Source: Podarcis erhardii
Lineage: Eukaryota
Direction: 5' to 3' (one strand)
Length of the DNA: 64,000 bases
NCBI GenBank assembly: GCA_964252035.1
Contig: OZ176205.1
Below, piece by piece: positions 1 to 13,806 of this stretch. A model generated the notes under the pieces. The model ran no database searches. It had not been told where the DNA came from and worked only from the letters and a program-made list of their open reading frames with translations. How positions within the stretch are numbered: the stretch's first letter is position 1; the number at the start of each line of letters is the position of its first letter. The position numbers and the translations under genes are program-made.

Positions 1-160
1 ATCAGGGCAGCTTCTATACTACAAAATGGCTATGCTATCTTTGCAGCTACACTTCTGTTACGGATTAGAAACAAACAATGGTCATGTTTTAAGACAATTG
101 CAGTCATGTATTCAATGCTCAAACAGGTGCAGAGATCACTGGGGAGTAAATAAAAGGAAA
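1..160 (+). other. ZFYVE9: Probable distal 3'UTR of ZFYVE9 (SARA) with AATAAA at 149-154
   Basis: Synteny: ZFYVE9 lies tail-to-tail with CC2D1B in human. Blocks GGGCAGCTTCT, TATGCTATCTTTGCAGCTA, CTTCTGTTAC and ATGGTCATGT resemble the human ZFYVE9 3'UTR as I recall it. No coding exon is visible. Confidence 0.5.
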
Positions 161-3100
161 GGAAATGTAAACATTTCTGATGTTTGTAGATGAACTTATT
201 ATGAAGACCTCCATTCTGACCTCACTATACTGCCGCTTATGGTTAATTTCTCTAGACATTGAAATTATCGTTTACATTATCTTGACCAGATTATTGGTTG
301 AAGTACCTCCAAGACATGTCGGAATATTCTATAGAGATGTACAGAGAAAGAAAGCAGCATGACTGAGGGTACCTTCTACGTCTGTCCCAAGCAAAGCAGA
401 ATCTCTCTAGAAGCTGTATGTAAATTACGCTTGCAGTTTTGTGTGTATAATAGGATAGTTTAACTTTATTTTTCTTTATTTGTGATAAAACTGTTCCCCT
501 AAGCCTGATGACATAGCAAAAATCTGCCCTCGTAAGTTTTGAGAGAGCCTGTCACAGGCGTGAGAATTGTTAGGCTTAAAAAAAAAAAGTTACCATGGAA
601 ATTTGTTCTTTTTGTAGTTTGGCCCTGGGTTGTTTTTTTAGGTAACTTTTTATTTTCCCATTTGGTGTACATTTATCCCCACCATTAAGCCTGCACTTAT
701 CTAACACTTTATAGAAGCAGCACTCTGTAAAGCTAGCCTGTGAAAACTGTAATAGTTTGGCTGCTGTTGCATGTTTTGCTTTCACTTCAGGCTGAGAAGT
801 TTGCACTCTGTCTCACCTAAGACGGCACTTATGAGAAGAACGGCTTGAGCCCTTTCACTGCAGCGTACAAAGCTGGCAATGAGAGTAAGCAAAAGAACAC
901 GAGCACGTTCCTTTTAAATCCAATTTTCATCCCTGAGCAACTGATAGCCTTGTGGAAAGAGCTGTGTCCATAAGAGAGAAAGCAAACCTAAGCTTTAACA
1001 AGACACAGGCTGCTGCTGTTCAAGGCTGGCCACCCCCCTCCATGGGTAAGGAGGACAGTCTGGCCTTTTAAAGAGCAATCTAAAATTGGAGCAGCATGGG
1101 CAAAATGGTGAGCATTCAAGGGTAAGGAGGGGACAGCAGTTGCTCCAAGCCTGTCAAGAAATTATTTTTTAAAAGCAAACATATAGCAGTGAGAGCTGTA
1201 ATAGTTAACTTTCCTCTGTGGGTAGGAAATCATAGTTGAGCAAGGTGCTACTGCTTGCCTAAGATTAGTAGTAACAAAAAAAGCCCTCCTAGTACAACCT
1301 ATGTAAACTGCAACTAGAACATAAGGAAGTCAAGGCATTAGAACTAGACCCCAAATTAAATGGCTGGAGAAGTTAACCCCACCTGAATACAAACACTTCT
1401 ACTGAATTTATTAATGGTGGGCCATATGCTATGAAGACAGTTAAATTCTTAGCCCATGCTGAACCTGAAAAGAACTCAGGTGCTCAATATTCTGCCCTGG
1501 GAGACAGGGTGGGCATAAAGAGGCTCCTTTGCAGAAGAAGGGCCTTACATTTCCTGCTCTTTCTTTTCCTTGCATATAAAAAGTTGCTTTTAAATTTTAC
1601 TTCCTTCTGTGACAACATTCAATTATACAGACGGAAGCTCAACTCTATTTAGATTTTACATGGCTGCAGTAGATTCCTACTTCAAGAAATGGCATTCCAA
1701 TTTCACCACAGAAGTAGCTTTTTCAATGACTTTGTTTTGCTATTAAACTTACTGATAGAGGGAAACTACTGACTTTCCCCCCTGCAGAAAATCATTTGTT
1801 TGGGTTATGTTTGTGCAAAATGCTATTGACTGACTGGTTTGCTTCAACCATAGCCTTTAAAATGACCTTAAAATTTACCATATTGTTAAGAAATGAGTAC
1901 TTGTTTAAAGAGAAAAATGTACTTTTAAAATTCAGTTACACTGCAAAAGACTGCATATTATATTTTTATTTTCAACATGTAGTTTTGTATATTAAATTTA
2001 TTAAAATTAAAAACTGAATATTGTATTGTCTCTATCCACTTAAGATAAACAAACTCTGCCTGATTGGCAGACTTAGTTCTATATTCAGGTACACACCTAG
2101 GTTTAACATTCTAGAAAACAGGCAACTCTTTCTTTTGTCAAATTACTGTTTCAACTTACACCCAAATGCTGTGCTTCTCAAAATCCTTAAGCAGTAAAAA
2201 GTTTAATTCTTCCTCTCCACTGAAAAAGAACACAAGAACATGGGCAGATTGAGGAAAACAGCTTAATAATAAATCAGCTACTAGCCATCTCAATATGGTA
2301 TGGGCCTTTCCAAAAGGCTCGTGATAATGTTGCTTTAGAGCAAGGTTATGGGTAAACTTACAGAGAAAGTGGGGGGGGGGGAATGCAGTGATGGCTTTTA
2401 AAAAAATTCATTCCAGGCAATGTCAAATGCATATTCATGCTGCTGTTAACAGTAATATGCTTAACCTAATGCTGTGTGCAAGAATAGAATTTATTCCAGG
2501 GCTAGGAAACACAATCTTATTTGCAAGTTTACATGATAAACTTCCATTGCTGCAGCCCATTTTAGTATATTGTCAGCCATTAAAACCAAACCTTTTTGCC
2601 CTCGCCTGCAAACATGCCCTTTGCATAAGACAGCAGCCCAATGGGTAACAGTCACGTAGTACTAACATTGCTACTTTCAGCAAGGTTTAAGGTAGGTCTA
2701 TCTTTGTGGATCAGCACCTTCTTTCCCAGTAGTAGACTTACAAAGCTTACCAACTCATACTATATGATAGTTATGAAAATAAAGATGTTATGTTCAGTAG
2801 TGCATTCGTTGAACATCTTTGGTGCTTGCAGAAGCTCTATGTATAAAGTCCATTCTGCAGCTTTTAGCATTTCTGTATCTGTGGGTGACAAGAAAATAAA
2901 TATGAATGTGGCTTTAGAGGAATAATGGAAGGATTATTCAAAGATGATCAAACATCCATGACAGAAGTACAGAATCTTCCTAATGTGCTCTCAAACATTA
3001 ACTGAAGGCAAGTCCATTAAAACCACTCAAGTATAAAGTTTTAGAAATTTATAAGGGACCGCAACCCTTCTTTAAGGATTCCTTCCTGTGGCTACATTGT

Positions 3101-3291
3101 CCTTTTGGTTGGACGGTGACTCATTTTAATTTTAAAGATGAATCGTTTGCTATCTTGCATATTTTTAAAAAGAAAACTGCTTCATGCATGTATCTATAGA
3201 ATACATTCACTTGTGGTAATCAAAGCAAAATCTTGAGATTGCTCATGCCAATTGCCATCCTAAAAGACAGATGCACATACCTTAGGTGGAA

Positions 3292-3411
3292 CTAATGTTC
3301 AAGGACTAGCCAGTTTTCTGTAATTGTTTGAAGATCCTGCCCACTTAGTGGCTCCCTGAGTCTCACTTTTACTTCTAGTTTCCCTCCAGTAGGCTTCCTG
3401 CCATCCAAAAC
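3292..3411 (-). CDS. CC2D1B: CC2D1B coding exon 23 with TAG stop
   Basis: 120 nt; stop at 3292-3294; a donor-like AAG|GTATGT follows 11 nt after the stop. Confidence 0.96.
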   Translation of the reverse strand, partial: VLDGRKPTGGKLEVKVRLREPLSGQDLQTITENWLVLEH

Positions 3412-6400
3412 CTAGACACAGAAGCAACATGAGAAGTTTAATCACAAGAGACATAACCTAGAGAACTGCAATTGGCTTTGAACATTCAGTAGGGTTTTGG
3501 ACTTCACTTGTGGCAGCTGTATGTACGGCAGGTGGGATCCAAAACAAAAAGTTCAGTGTGGATTGTTCAGTCATATTCTCTAGGATATGGGAAAATAACC
3601 CTGTTAGTCAGCATTTCCTGGCTGGTGAGCACATTTGGTCCTCATTGGGTTTTTTGTTTTTGTTTTTTTTGCAAAGGGGATTGTCTCACGCCCGTAGGTT
3701 TTTTCCACTACTATATTCCCCCCTACTTTTGCCAACCTTGGTGTTTCCCTGTAGCTGCTAGTACTTCTACTTTGGTGGAGGTGTCAGGGGGTGGGGATGG
3801 CCTAGACCAATGTTTCCCAACCTTGGGTCTCCAGCTGTTTTTGGACTACTACTCCCATCATCACTAGCTAGCAAGACCAGCGGTCAGGGGTGATGGGAAT
3901 TGTAGTCCAAAAACAGCTGGAAACCAAAGGTTGGGAAACACTGGCCTAGACCACCAACAGTGCTTATGTTGGAGCATCAAACAGGGAATGATACTACAAA
4001 GTTTACATGGCCAAACATTAGCATCATTAATTCCTTGCAGATCCTGATTTGTCACAGGAAGCCAACAAACTACCCCCCCCCCAATTGATAGAAGTGGTTT
4101 AAATCCGTTGGCATGGCATCCCTTCTGGAGAGGATAAAATTGCCAAATTGTAGGCAAATAGGCAACATTTTAAAATGGTTTTTAAAAAATATGAAATGTA
4201 ACTTTTCAGAATTGGATGAAATTTGCAAGAAGGTTTACCCTTTCTGAGGGCAGCAATCCCACCAAATTTCAGAAGCTGCAGCTGTTTCCCCACAAGGCTA
4301 ATAGGTAGAGTTTAGAGTGGATTAAAAAATCACTAAGCACCTTTTGGGGTGGGAAGAACTAAAAGTAGGGGGACCTTCCAGGTAAAATATTTCCCTCTGA
4401 TTCAAAGCTTGACATGTCAGCCACAATATAAGCTCTCCTTTTCCCTGTTGCATAATCAAGTTTAGAGACATGACTTTTGTTTTTAGCAGCATTTTCTAAA
4501 AATAACTGACTGAGGTGTCACAAAGGCCTTTGGGGGTTCCTGCTTTGCCTAGGGGAAAAAATCTCTCTAAGGCATCCTGTATCGCATCAGAAATTGGAAT
4601 TAAGCTGAATATAATGTGTATCTCTAATATCTGAACATAGGTACCACTTTTTTCAAAGTGGCACAGCACCAGTTGCAATGCATAAAAGCTAATTCCAGAG
4701 GTGTTTACATACACACAAGGGAGAGAGACTGTAACTGGATCTCTCCGCCACAGTCCAGTAGAAGCAAACTTGGCTCTCCAAGCTTCCCTACTCCTTTGCT
4801 GCCAGAATTCCCTGTGGTCATCGCTCTCCTCCCTTCCTTAGGACTTTTGGGGAGCTATGTTGGTCAGCACACTATTTTTGTACCCCCCCAACAACATCCT
4901 TGGAAAATTCTAGTTGTGCCTTAAGGAAGACCTGCATCCCCATGGGCAATCCTAGTTTCCAAGCACATTTATATCAGCATATGGCAGGTACAGCACCATC
5001 CTCATGAGACTGGATGAAAGCTGTGCAAGTAACGAAACTCCTATGAATGAGGAAAGTCAGTGCAGCATATCCTGTTTTACAAACACACTTTCAGCAGGAC
5101 TACTGTGCAAATAAGAAGAAAAAGGTAGTCCTTACCACAGCTTTCTTTGAGAACAAGAAAGGTACGGTACCTCAATAATTTCTCTGATTTCACATTCAAA
5201 TTCCAGTTTGTCCAGTTTCAAGTGTGCTGTCCCCACTTGCTTGTCACTTCTGAAAAAGGACCTGGGGAAGGGGAGGCATGTCAGTGCAAGATTCAGCTTC
5301 TTCTCCTAACTTCCACGATGGGAATCGGCAAAAGAACCCCAAAGACTCTCAGGATCTCAAATTGAGACACAGATCCTTCCCAACTCATACCTCCAAGGTT
5401 AAAAGCGGGTTATAATGCCATTGTTCAGTAGTGCTACCAACAAAAGCCGTAGGCAGGGGTCAAAAATATTTTGCACTGTATAGAGTAGAATGATGTTAAA
5501 ATGAACAAAAATTGCTAGTGTTACGTTCAGTGATCAGACGTGTTTTAGGCTAAGGAAGCAACTGAATGGAATGACCTATTTATTTCCAAATATGCCTAAA
5601 GATCATGGCTTGGTTCACAAAAAAAAATAACAGTGCAGAAGGGGAGGGGATTCCCAGGTGCACAGGGAAAAGGCCCAATGCATTTTGATGAAAGTCTTCA
5701 GCAGCACTGAGAGGCAAAATTGTAAACACAGCAGCAGCAGCAGTGTGCTTCCCGCAGGCTCCCTCACTTTCATCTGTGAGTACAGATTTGGAGACAGAGC
5801 TTGCAGAAAAGCAGAGCAGTAGTGCTTCTCAGTGGCTCTGAAGACTTTCCTCAAAACATGTCAGGCCTAATAAACTATCTCCCTATGAGCTCTGCCCCCA
5901 CCCCTTCTGTTAGGAGGAGCCACAGCAAGGCTTGAGCTTATCTGCTCCTATTTGTTTGAGTGCAAGGAAAGATTAGAGGCTTCTGCTTCTAGTCTGCAGC
6001 AAATTGCAAGTGCTCTTCAGCTGTTAGTCACATGAAAGGGCTACTGTGGTGGAAGGGGCTGTGGCAGGGACACGTTTTTAATACTACCATCAAAAGCCAT
6101 ATGAGTCTTTCTGTCCCTGAAGTTCATAGCACAACTTCTGAAGTGGGGGTCCTGTTCTGCGTGTGGAGGCTTCAGACCTCAGAAATTACACCCCAACATG
6201 GCAAGGGTGGGAGATTCCATGTGACTTCGGAAGGTGGGGTGAAATGTACAGCCCTGCTACACCCTTCATGTGAATGGCTCCTGAAGAGCTCACCCTCAAA
6301 TCACATTCAAAGGTTCTGGTTGCTGCATTTGGACAAAAGGGCAAACTAGAAAGAAAAGCTCTCCCTTGCATGTAAAGGAAGGAGCATGCAATCCTGCTAA

Positions 6401-9400
6401 TGGCCTGTCATTTCATCTGAATCAAACCCACTTGTGGGGCTTGCCATAGTGTGAACTTAAGAACAGCAAACTCACCTATGGCTCTCCCTCTTACAGCTTA
6501 AAAATAGTATTGCCTTCCACACTTTTTGGCCACTATAAATTTTGGATGCATGCTTACAAGAGACATGAGACCACTCCCGCAAACAGATCCTATTAATATT
6601 CTTTCCTACTGTTTTCTTCTAGCCTAAACAATCATGCACCCCATCCCAATGAAGACAATTGTACAATCTTAAAACTACCGTATTTTTCACTCTATAGGAC
6701 ACACTTTTTCCCCTTCAAAAATGAAGGGGAAATGTGTGTGCGTCCTATGGAGCGAAGACGCCATAGCCCTGCGACCCTCTCCCAGCTGGAGAGGTGACGC
6801 GCGGCTATGGCAGGATCCTCTTTAGCCGCGCCTTTCCGCTGCTCCCTGACCTGCTCTTTGGGGCTGGTGGTGGGCTTCCCCCGCCAGGCCCAAAGAGCAG
6901 GTCAAAAGGAACCTGAAGCCTGGAGAGAGAGAGGGGTCGGTGCACACCGACCCCTCTCGCTCTCCAGGCTTCCAAGGTAGCCGCCTGAACGGCACTTTGT
7001 TTTAGAGCAGGAAAACAAGAGGGGGAAAATTCTCCCCCTCTCTGTGCAGCACCTCCTGCCGCTTCGCTGAAGGGGCGCTGCGCAGAGAGGGGGAGATTTT
7101 TTTTTTCTTGTTCTCCCCCTCTAAAACAAGGTGCGTCCTATTGTCCGGTGCGTCCTATGGTGCGAAAAATACGGTATACACCCGTGAAACAGGATCTAAA
7201 TTGTAGTCAATGCTATATCACAATTATACATTATAGTGCTTATTATAAGCAAATTATTTTGGCCACTAAGGATTCCTTTCAAACCGTTTCTTTAATGCCA
7301 GACAACTTGACACTAAAGGCCACACTGCAAATAAGGGCAGCTATTCTTACTGTTATATGCCAAATTGACTTAAAATATTCAGTGTGAGATACAGATGTAG
7401 CCTTGTAGTACTCAACCAAAAGGAGAAAAGCATCTGAAGTTCATCATGGAAGATTTCCACCCTCCCGCACCACAACAGTCATGTGGGTGCATGTCCTGTT
7501 TCAGCTGTGGCTTAGATCCCTTGGGGGCAACAGGCATCAGAAGCAGAAGCTTGGCAAAGGGGATTCTGTGTTTTGATATGGAATCAGCACAAAAATGCAT
7601 TAAGGTCTACAGGATGAAAAGATTGACAGCCCCTGATCCCTGCTGAACTGCCAGCCTTAGTATACAGGCCTAGTAGTATAGAGCCAAAATTCTCAGGAGT
7701 TTTCACAGCTTTTGGCTTTAGTAGAGTATTAACAACACCCAAATACAGCGCCTGTCAGTCATCTAAGAAGATCAAGCAGAAGACCAATATTACGTGACTG
7801 TAGTCTAAAAGTTCAAGCACTGCAAATGTCTGAAAGACGTATCTGCTGCATATGAGCAAATCTCTACAAAGACTTCAAAATAGTTCCTTCCCATATTCTC
7901 AATTATATCTTCAGCTACCCTGTAGCTAAAAATTCCAAACACACAATGATGCCTACAGATGTATGCGACAAAGAGTTACATTTTTTTTAGCTCCAAAAGA
8001 AATCTGGGAATTGTTTTAAAGCAGAATTAACAAAGTCCTTGAGCTCAAGCAATCAAACTGTTTCCCATTAGGCATGAACCCCTACTCACCCTTTGTGGAA
8101 GATTTCAAATTTAATTCCTTTAGCCTGAATCGCTCTTCGGAAACCTCTGTGATTTCGGTTAATGTTCAGCTTGAACTGCTGATCATATTCTGGAAATGCA
8201 CAGACAGATAATCAGATACAAACAGCTGATGAGACGACTCTGAACCAAATAAAAGATCAAGAAAAGCATGTGGTCAACACCTCAAAATAAGCAGGTGGGA
8301 GATATTTTGCCATGGAAAAACCTTTCAATCAAATAGGCCCCACAGGTGCATATCTGAGAGGTACAGATTGTACTGAATGACACAGTGACTTGGTCCCTAC
8401 GTTTTCCTTTGCGAGAAGAAGAAGCCAAGACAAAGGACTGCAAGTCCTTATGTATATTACCCTATTCAGTAAGTTTTTTTTTAAAAAAAAAAGAACCTGC
8501 AAAAAAAAGTGCTACAGGATTCATGCTAAATAGCTGTGAAATAATAGATCCCAAACAATTCTATGCAGTTGGGGGTAAGAGGGTGACATCTTTTCTGTGG
8601 CAAAATGAACAGCAATGTTGGATTTCTAAGGGACAGAATGCAGAGGGATCCAAATATTCCAGGTACAAGTCCTTCTGGAGTCGTATAGCTCAGTAGCAGA
8701 GCATGCACAGAGTTCCAGGCCCAGCCTTTGGCCATCTTCAGTTAACCTGTTGAGAGCTGCTGCCACTATACAGAGCAGTGTTGCAAGTTAGGTTAACACC
8801 GTCACAGATGCGGAAATCGCTTAATTAAGAAACCCACAATACAAAATTACTACTGCTCTGAAATGAGAGTCTTTGAATTCTGTTCAGGTAGGCGATGCAA
8901 ACATAAAATGGAACTAACCCTTTTCAGCCTAGCTCTGAAATGAAAATCCAAGAAAAGACAACGTAATGATGGCAATAATAGTATAAGCACAAGCACCCAC
9001 CTGGGCAGTTGGTATTTTTTATCACTGATGTTTTACTTTTCTGAGCTTGCTCCTGTTTTAATAAAAGCAAAACATAGGTTAACAACACCCTAAAACTAAA
9101 CACCTACAGCCACACACCATTAATATTCAGCAGAAATCACAACATCTTTGTTTGCTTTTCATTTGGAAAGAAAGTCCTGCATAAGTGTAGATAAAGTTTT
9201 CTTGGGCACAGCCCATTCAATATGGAACAAAATGCAAATACTGAGATTCAATACGAAATATACAAGAGATAGAAACAAATGGCGCATGGGGATGTTAAAA
9301 AGATAGGTTAGATCCAATGCTAGCATTGCAACCACCATTCAGTCATTTTGCTTTGCCGTAGTACAAGAGCCTGGTGCAGGTAGATTTCTCCGGGACCTTT

Positions 9401-12400
9401 TCATTTGTCTTCCTTGTCCCCAAGAAGGGAATGGGTATGGATCTTCAGAGGTTGCAACAAACATGCTCCAAAGAGATTGTTTAGCAATTACTATTCTTTT
9501 TAACAACCCAATCATACAACAAAACAAATTAACTTCTAGCCCAAAGCACAGAAGAAGTCTCTAGGGAGTGAACAAGGACAAGGTGACCCAATTACTGCCA
9601 GCACTTCTAGATGATATCCTAGTTATCAAGCAACATAGCCCTTTCTCTATTTCAGAGGCAGCTCCTTCCCCAGCTGCCTCTCAAGCATCACATATACAAC
9701 CCTATTAGAAATGCCATTCTCTTTTCTACTGTGATAAGGCCACCAGAGATGCCACCAGTGACCCTGCCTTCCTAACTATTCTCAGAAAAGCCAGTGGGGT
9801 TCTCTGTCCTTGCCTTTACTTGTGAAGACCAAGCTCCGCCCCACCATGGGCTGGTTGCTCTAAAGCAGGGATGTGTAAGTCAAGCTACTCCAGAGGACCA
9901 CCTTTTCACTTTCGTTAATTCAAGAGAGCTGGAGTGTGGCATAATGGTTAGAGTGTTGAACTATGACCTGGGAGACCAGGGTTAGAATTCCCACTCAGCC
10001 ACGAAGCTCACTGAATGACCTTGGGCCAGTCACCACCTCCCAGCCTAACCTACTTCACTGGGTTGTTGTCAAGATAAAACGGGGATGAGAATGATGTGCA
10101 CCATCTTGAGCTCCTTGGGAGAACAGTTGGTATATAAATGTAATAAGCTCATTTCTGTGTATCTCTCCCCCCCCACCTCAGTGATTTCTTTTCAGCCTTG
10201 TTAACCCCCTTTAGCACATTCTTTCCCCTCCTGATCTCTCTGTATCCTTGTTTTTTCCTCTCTGTTTCTCATTAACACCCAGGATCGTCTCTTTGCAGCA
10301 CCATAGATCTTGCTTTGTCCCGATCTCTTTTGTCTCAGTTATCCCACTCACTTCAAAAGTTGATAGGGCTTCTCTGCACCTTTATTTTATGCTCTGCTTC
10401 TACCCCTGTCCTGATATTTACACGGCTGCTCGCTTAACGCAGCAGCAATGCCCAAGTCATCCATTCTCCCAATCTTTGCATATATTACATGGCGGCAAAC
10501 TGAGGGTTTGCATCTGAATATACTTGATAGGGAACTGTCACCCTAGGGCCTAAAAATTAAGGAGGGAGCAAAAGCCTTGATGTGTACTCACTGTATTTGG
10601 GTAATGGAATTCAAATTTCACAAATGCGTCCAAATCATTGGGTGCCACACCTGTGCAAAGAGAGGAATTTAGCTGAGCAAACAGCCGCAGAAACCAAAAG
10701 AAAAATGGGCCAAATCTTATGAACACAAGACTGCCGATTATCTCACAGGAAAGAAGAGGCCTCTACTCAGAGATGTTTGTTCCCGATTGTGACCCAATTT
10801 GCTTGATAAAAACAAAATGATCCTAACTACTGATTAACAGAGGTCAAGTTCTCAGCTCTATCAGCTACAGGGAAGATTGCAGAGCAGGAAGGAATCTTAA
10901 AAATTCATGTCAATGGTAGACTACCTGGTGGAGCTGGTAGATTTATTCCTCGGACAATGATAAGATGCATTTCTGTGCTACTGAGTTCAGAAAATATTCT
11001 ACAAAGCAAACAAAAAGAAAAAGTTTACTCCAGCAATCCGGAAGTACTTCACATTGCAATACCAAACGTAGGGAACATGTAGAAATCGGAATCGTGAAGA
11101 AATACACAGCATGCTTGCTTTCTGACAACTAATTGCAGGGTGAAAACATGGTTTGTTGTTAGTTTATGAAGCACAAAGCCTTGCTTAACCATGGTTTGTT
11201 TGGTCACTGCAGCCCAGGCACTCTCCAAGCTACAGAGGCACAAGGCAAGAGTAGCTGGAAAACCAACTAGCCTTGTCTGTTTGCCTGCTGAACAAGCTGC
11301 AACTTAGTATTACATATGCAAACACAGGCAACATCAAGATATGAACAAAGTTATAGCCCTTTGACTCAAGGGGCTGGGGGAGAGTGGTCCCATTTTCGTG
11401 GCAGCCCCACATTTACTGAAATGCCTAGTTTCCACTATAAAACATTGGTCACTTTTTTGGGAACAGAAATTCACAGTATTCCAGGTTGCTTGTTCTTGTA
11501 AGGTTCAGAAAGGTTTTGTAAAGCTCATCTATCTACAAAGATAAGACATTTGAAACCTTCCCATCTTTTGGACATCCATACCTTACAATTTTAAAGGTTC
11601 TCTCTTCAAAGTGGTGGCTTGGGGGATCCAGCCCCTGGGCCTGTGCAAGCTGTAAGATGTCCAGATCTTTTTTACAAATCTGAGCCAGCTTCTCAAACCT
11701 GAAACGCAACACAGAAATACACAACATATAGTAAAAGTGAGAAAGATCAGGAAGAATATTGCCAGAGCTGCTCTGGTTTCATTAATGTTATCAGTGGGTG
11801 GCTGCTAAACTCATGGAGGCAGCTCCTCCTCAAATGAGAGAATGGCTGGACTCCACTTAAGGCAGAAATAGCTCCTTGCCAGAGGTCAATGGGAAAGCTG
11901 TCTAGAAACTGATCAAGCCAGTGGAGCACCAGAAGGACTTAGCTTTCATTACTGATGGGATTTGGGAGCTACCTTCATCAAGCAAGCACAGGGAGCAGAA
12001 CACTGGCTGCTCATCATGAAATTTCCTTCTTGTTTGACATATGGAGACACCCACCATGTAGGCTGCAGTTCTCTAGCTCACCCAACGTAGGGACATGCGA
12101 TTGAGCTTCCCCTCAAGTGAAAAAGTCAAGTTACACTTTACATAGTTAAGATGGGAGGAACAACTTTTTCCCAAGCCACAAAATGACTAGACCCAAGGGA
12201 TAAAAGCAAAATTCATTCTGCCAAGTGGAATTTGTATTGCACCCAATTGAGATGTGCCTTCAATGCTAAACTCATAATAAACCTACCGGGAAGTTTCAGA
12301 TACATTTCCCAGATGTGTGAACTGCTTCGAATACTGCAAACATTTCTATTAACAGAAAAAAGGAGGGGGTTGTTAACACTGCCACTAGAAGTTCTCTCGT

Positions 12401-13761
12401 TTCCTCTTAAAAACACACATACAGAAGACATATAAAGAAGGCAGGAACTTTTTCTGAGCACCTTTATTTTCAAATCACTTTTGAAAGGAGAGAGAGGGTC
12501 ACTGATGCTTGTGCATATATCACAAAAGAACAACAGTTTAGAGTTGTATGCAAAATAGGCCAGTTTAAAGTATAGAGAAAGCCACTCCCAACATAAGGAG
12601 GGGGGGTTGCGGGCTCACGCCCACCTACATCCGCGCGGACCCCGCGCGACTTGGGAATCCTCGGGCTGCATCATTCCCTGCGCCAGCCAATCGGCTGGTG
12701 ACAGGGGCGGGGCTAAGCAGGTCATTTAAGGTCGGGGGAGCCCAGGATCACCCCTTTTCTTTCCCTCAGCCAGCTGCGGATTCCCTCCCACCCACCCTCT
12801 AGGTTTTCACTCAGACTTTGCTATGGACCTCGGTTGGTCGCTGCAAGGGGCCTGGTAGGAGTTTTTCCACTTGGCTAATTGGCATTATTTTGGAAGCCAT
12901 TTGGTTTTTTCGCCTACCTCGTAGCAAAACGTCACAACGCCTTTGGTTTGGGCGGTTAGGCATTGGTAGGGGTATTGTTATGCAGGTGAGTTGGGGGGGA
13001 GCGCCATCACCTCCCCCAAATGCTATGGGGTAGTCTGATAAAGGACTCCAGGGGGCATTGCCTCATCCGAAACCTATGGAGGCTAGGGCCTAAAGTGCGC
13101 TCCCGAGTGGTGACTCCTCGGGGAGCGCCTAGGGATGTGCATCTCAGGGGCTCCCCCTGTTGGTGTTAACCCTTTCCGGGTCTATGCCGGATAGTCTGAT
13201 AGGACCAATGCCTAAAGCCAATACCGCTCTTACCTGTAATCAATAAAGCTGTGGCCATTTTTCGCCCATTAACCTAAATTCTGGTGTCCAGTGTCTTCAT
13301 TTATTCCAACTGGCGGGGGGGGGGGATCGCCACACAACATTCTACTTCCACTACAGGACCCTTAGCTATCGATAATGCTATAGGAGAGGAAGGAGTCACA
13401 CACCTCATGCTGGTCTCTCAATAGCTTGATGAGCTGAACGTACACCTCTTCTGCTTTCTGAGAGAGTCTGAGATCTTCATGATGTATGATAATAAAGTCA
13501 CCTTCATCATCTGTAGGTGGTGATGGCAGCTACACAGCAACACACAACACATGTCAGAGCTTCTCTGGTAAAATTGTGACAGAGAAAGGTGAGCACTGAC
13601 AAAAACAAAGTCTCATTTTTGTAACCTGCACGTATGTATTTTTATATGTGTGAAAATTGCAAAAATGTAAGGCCACCTAGGCAACAGAATTAGGTGCCTC
13701 CCTCCCCTTATTCCCTACAGAGTGACTGGGGAAACTCAGCCAGATGGGTAGGGTATAAATA

Positions 13762-13806
<45 letters not shown>

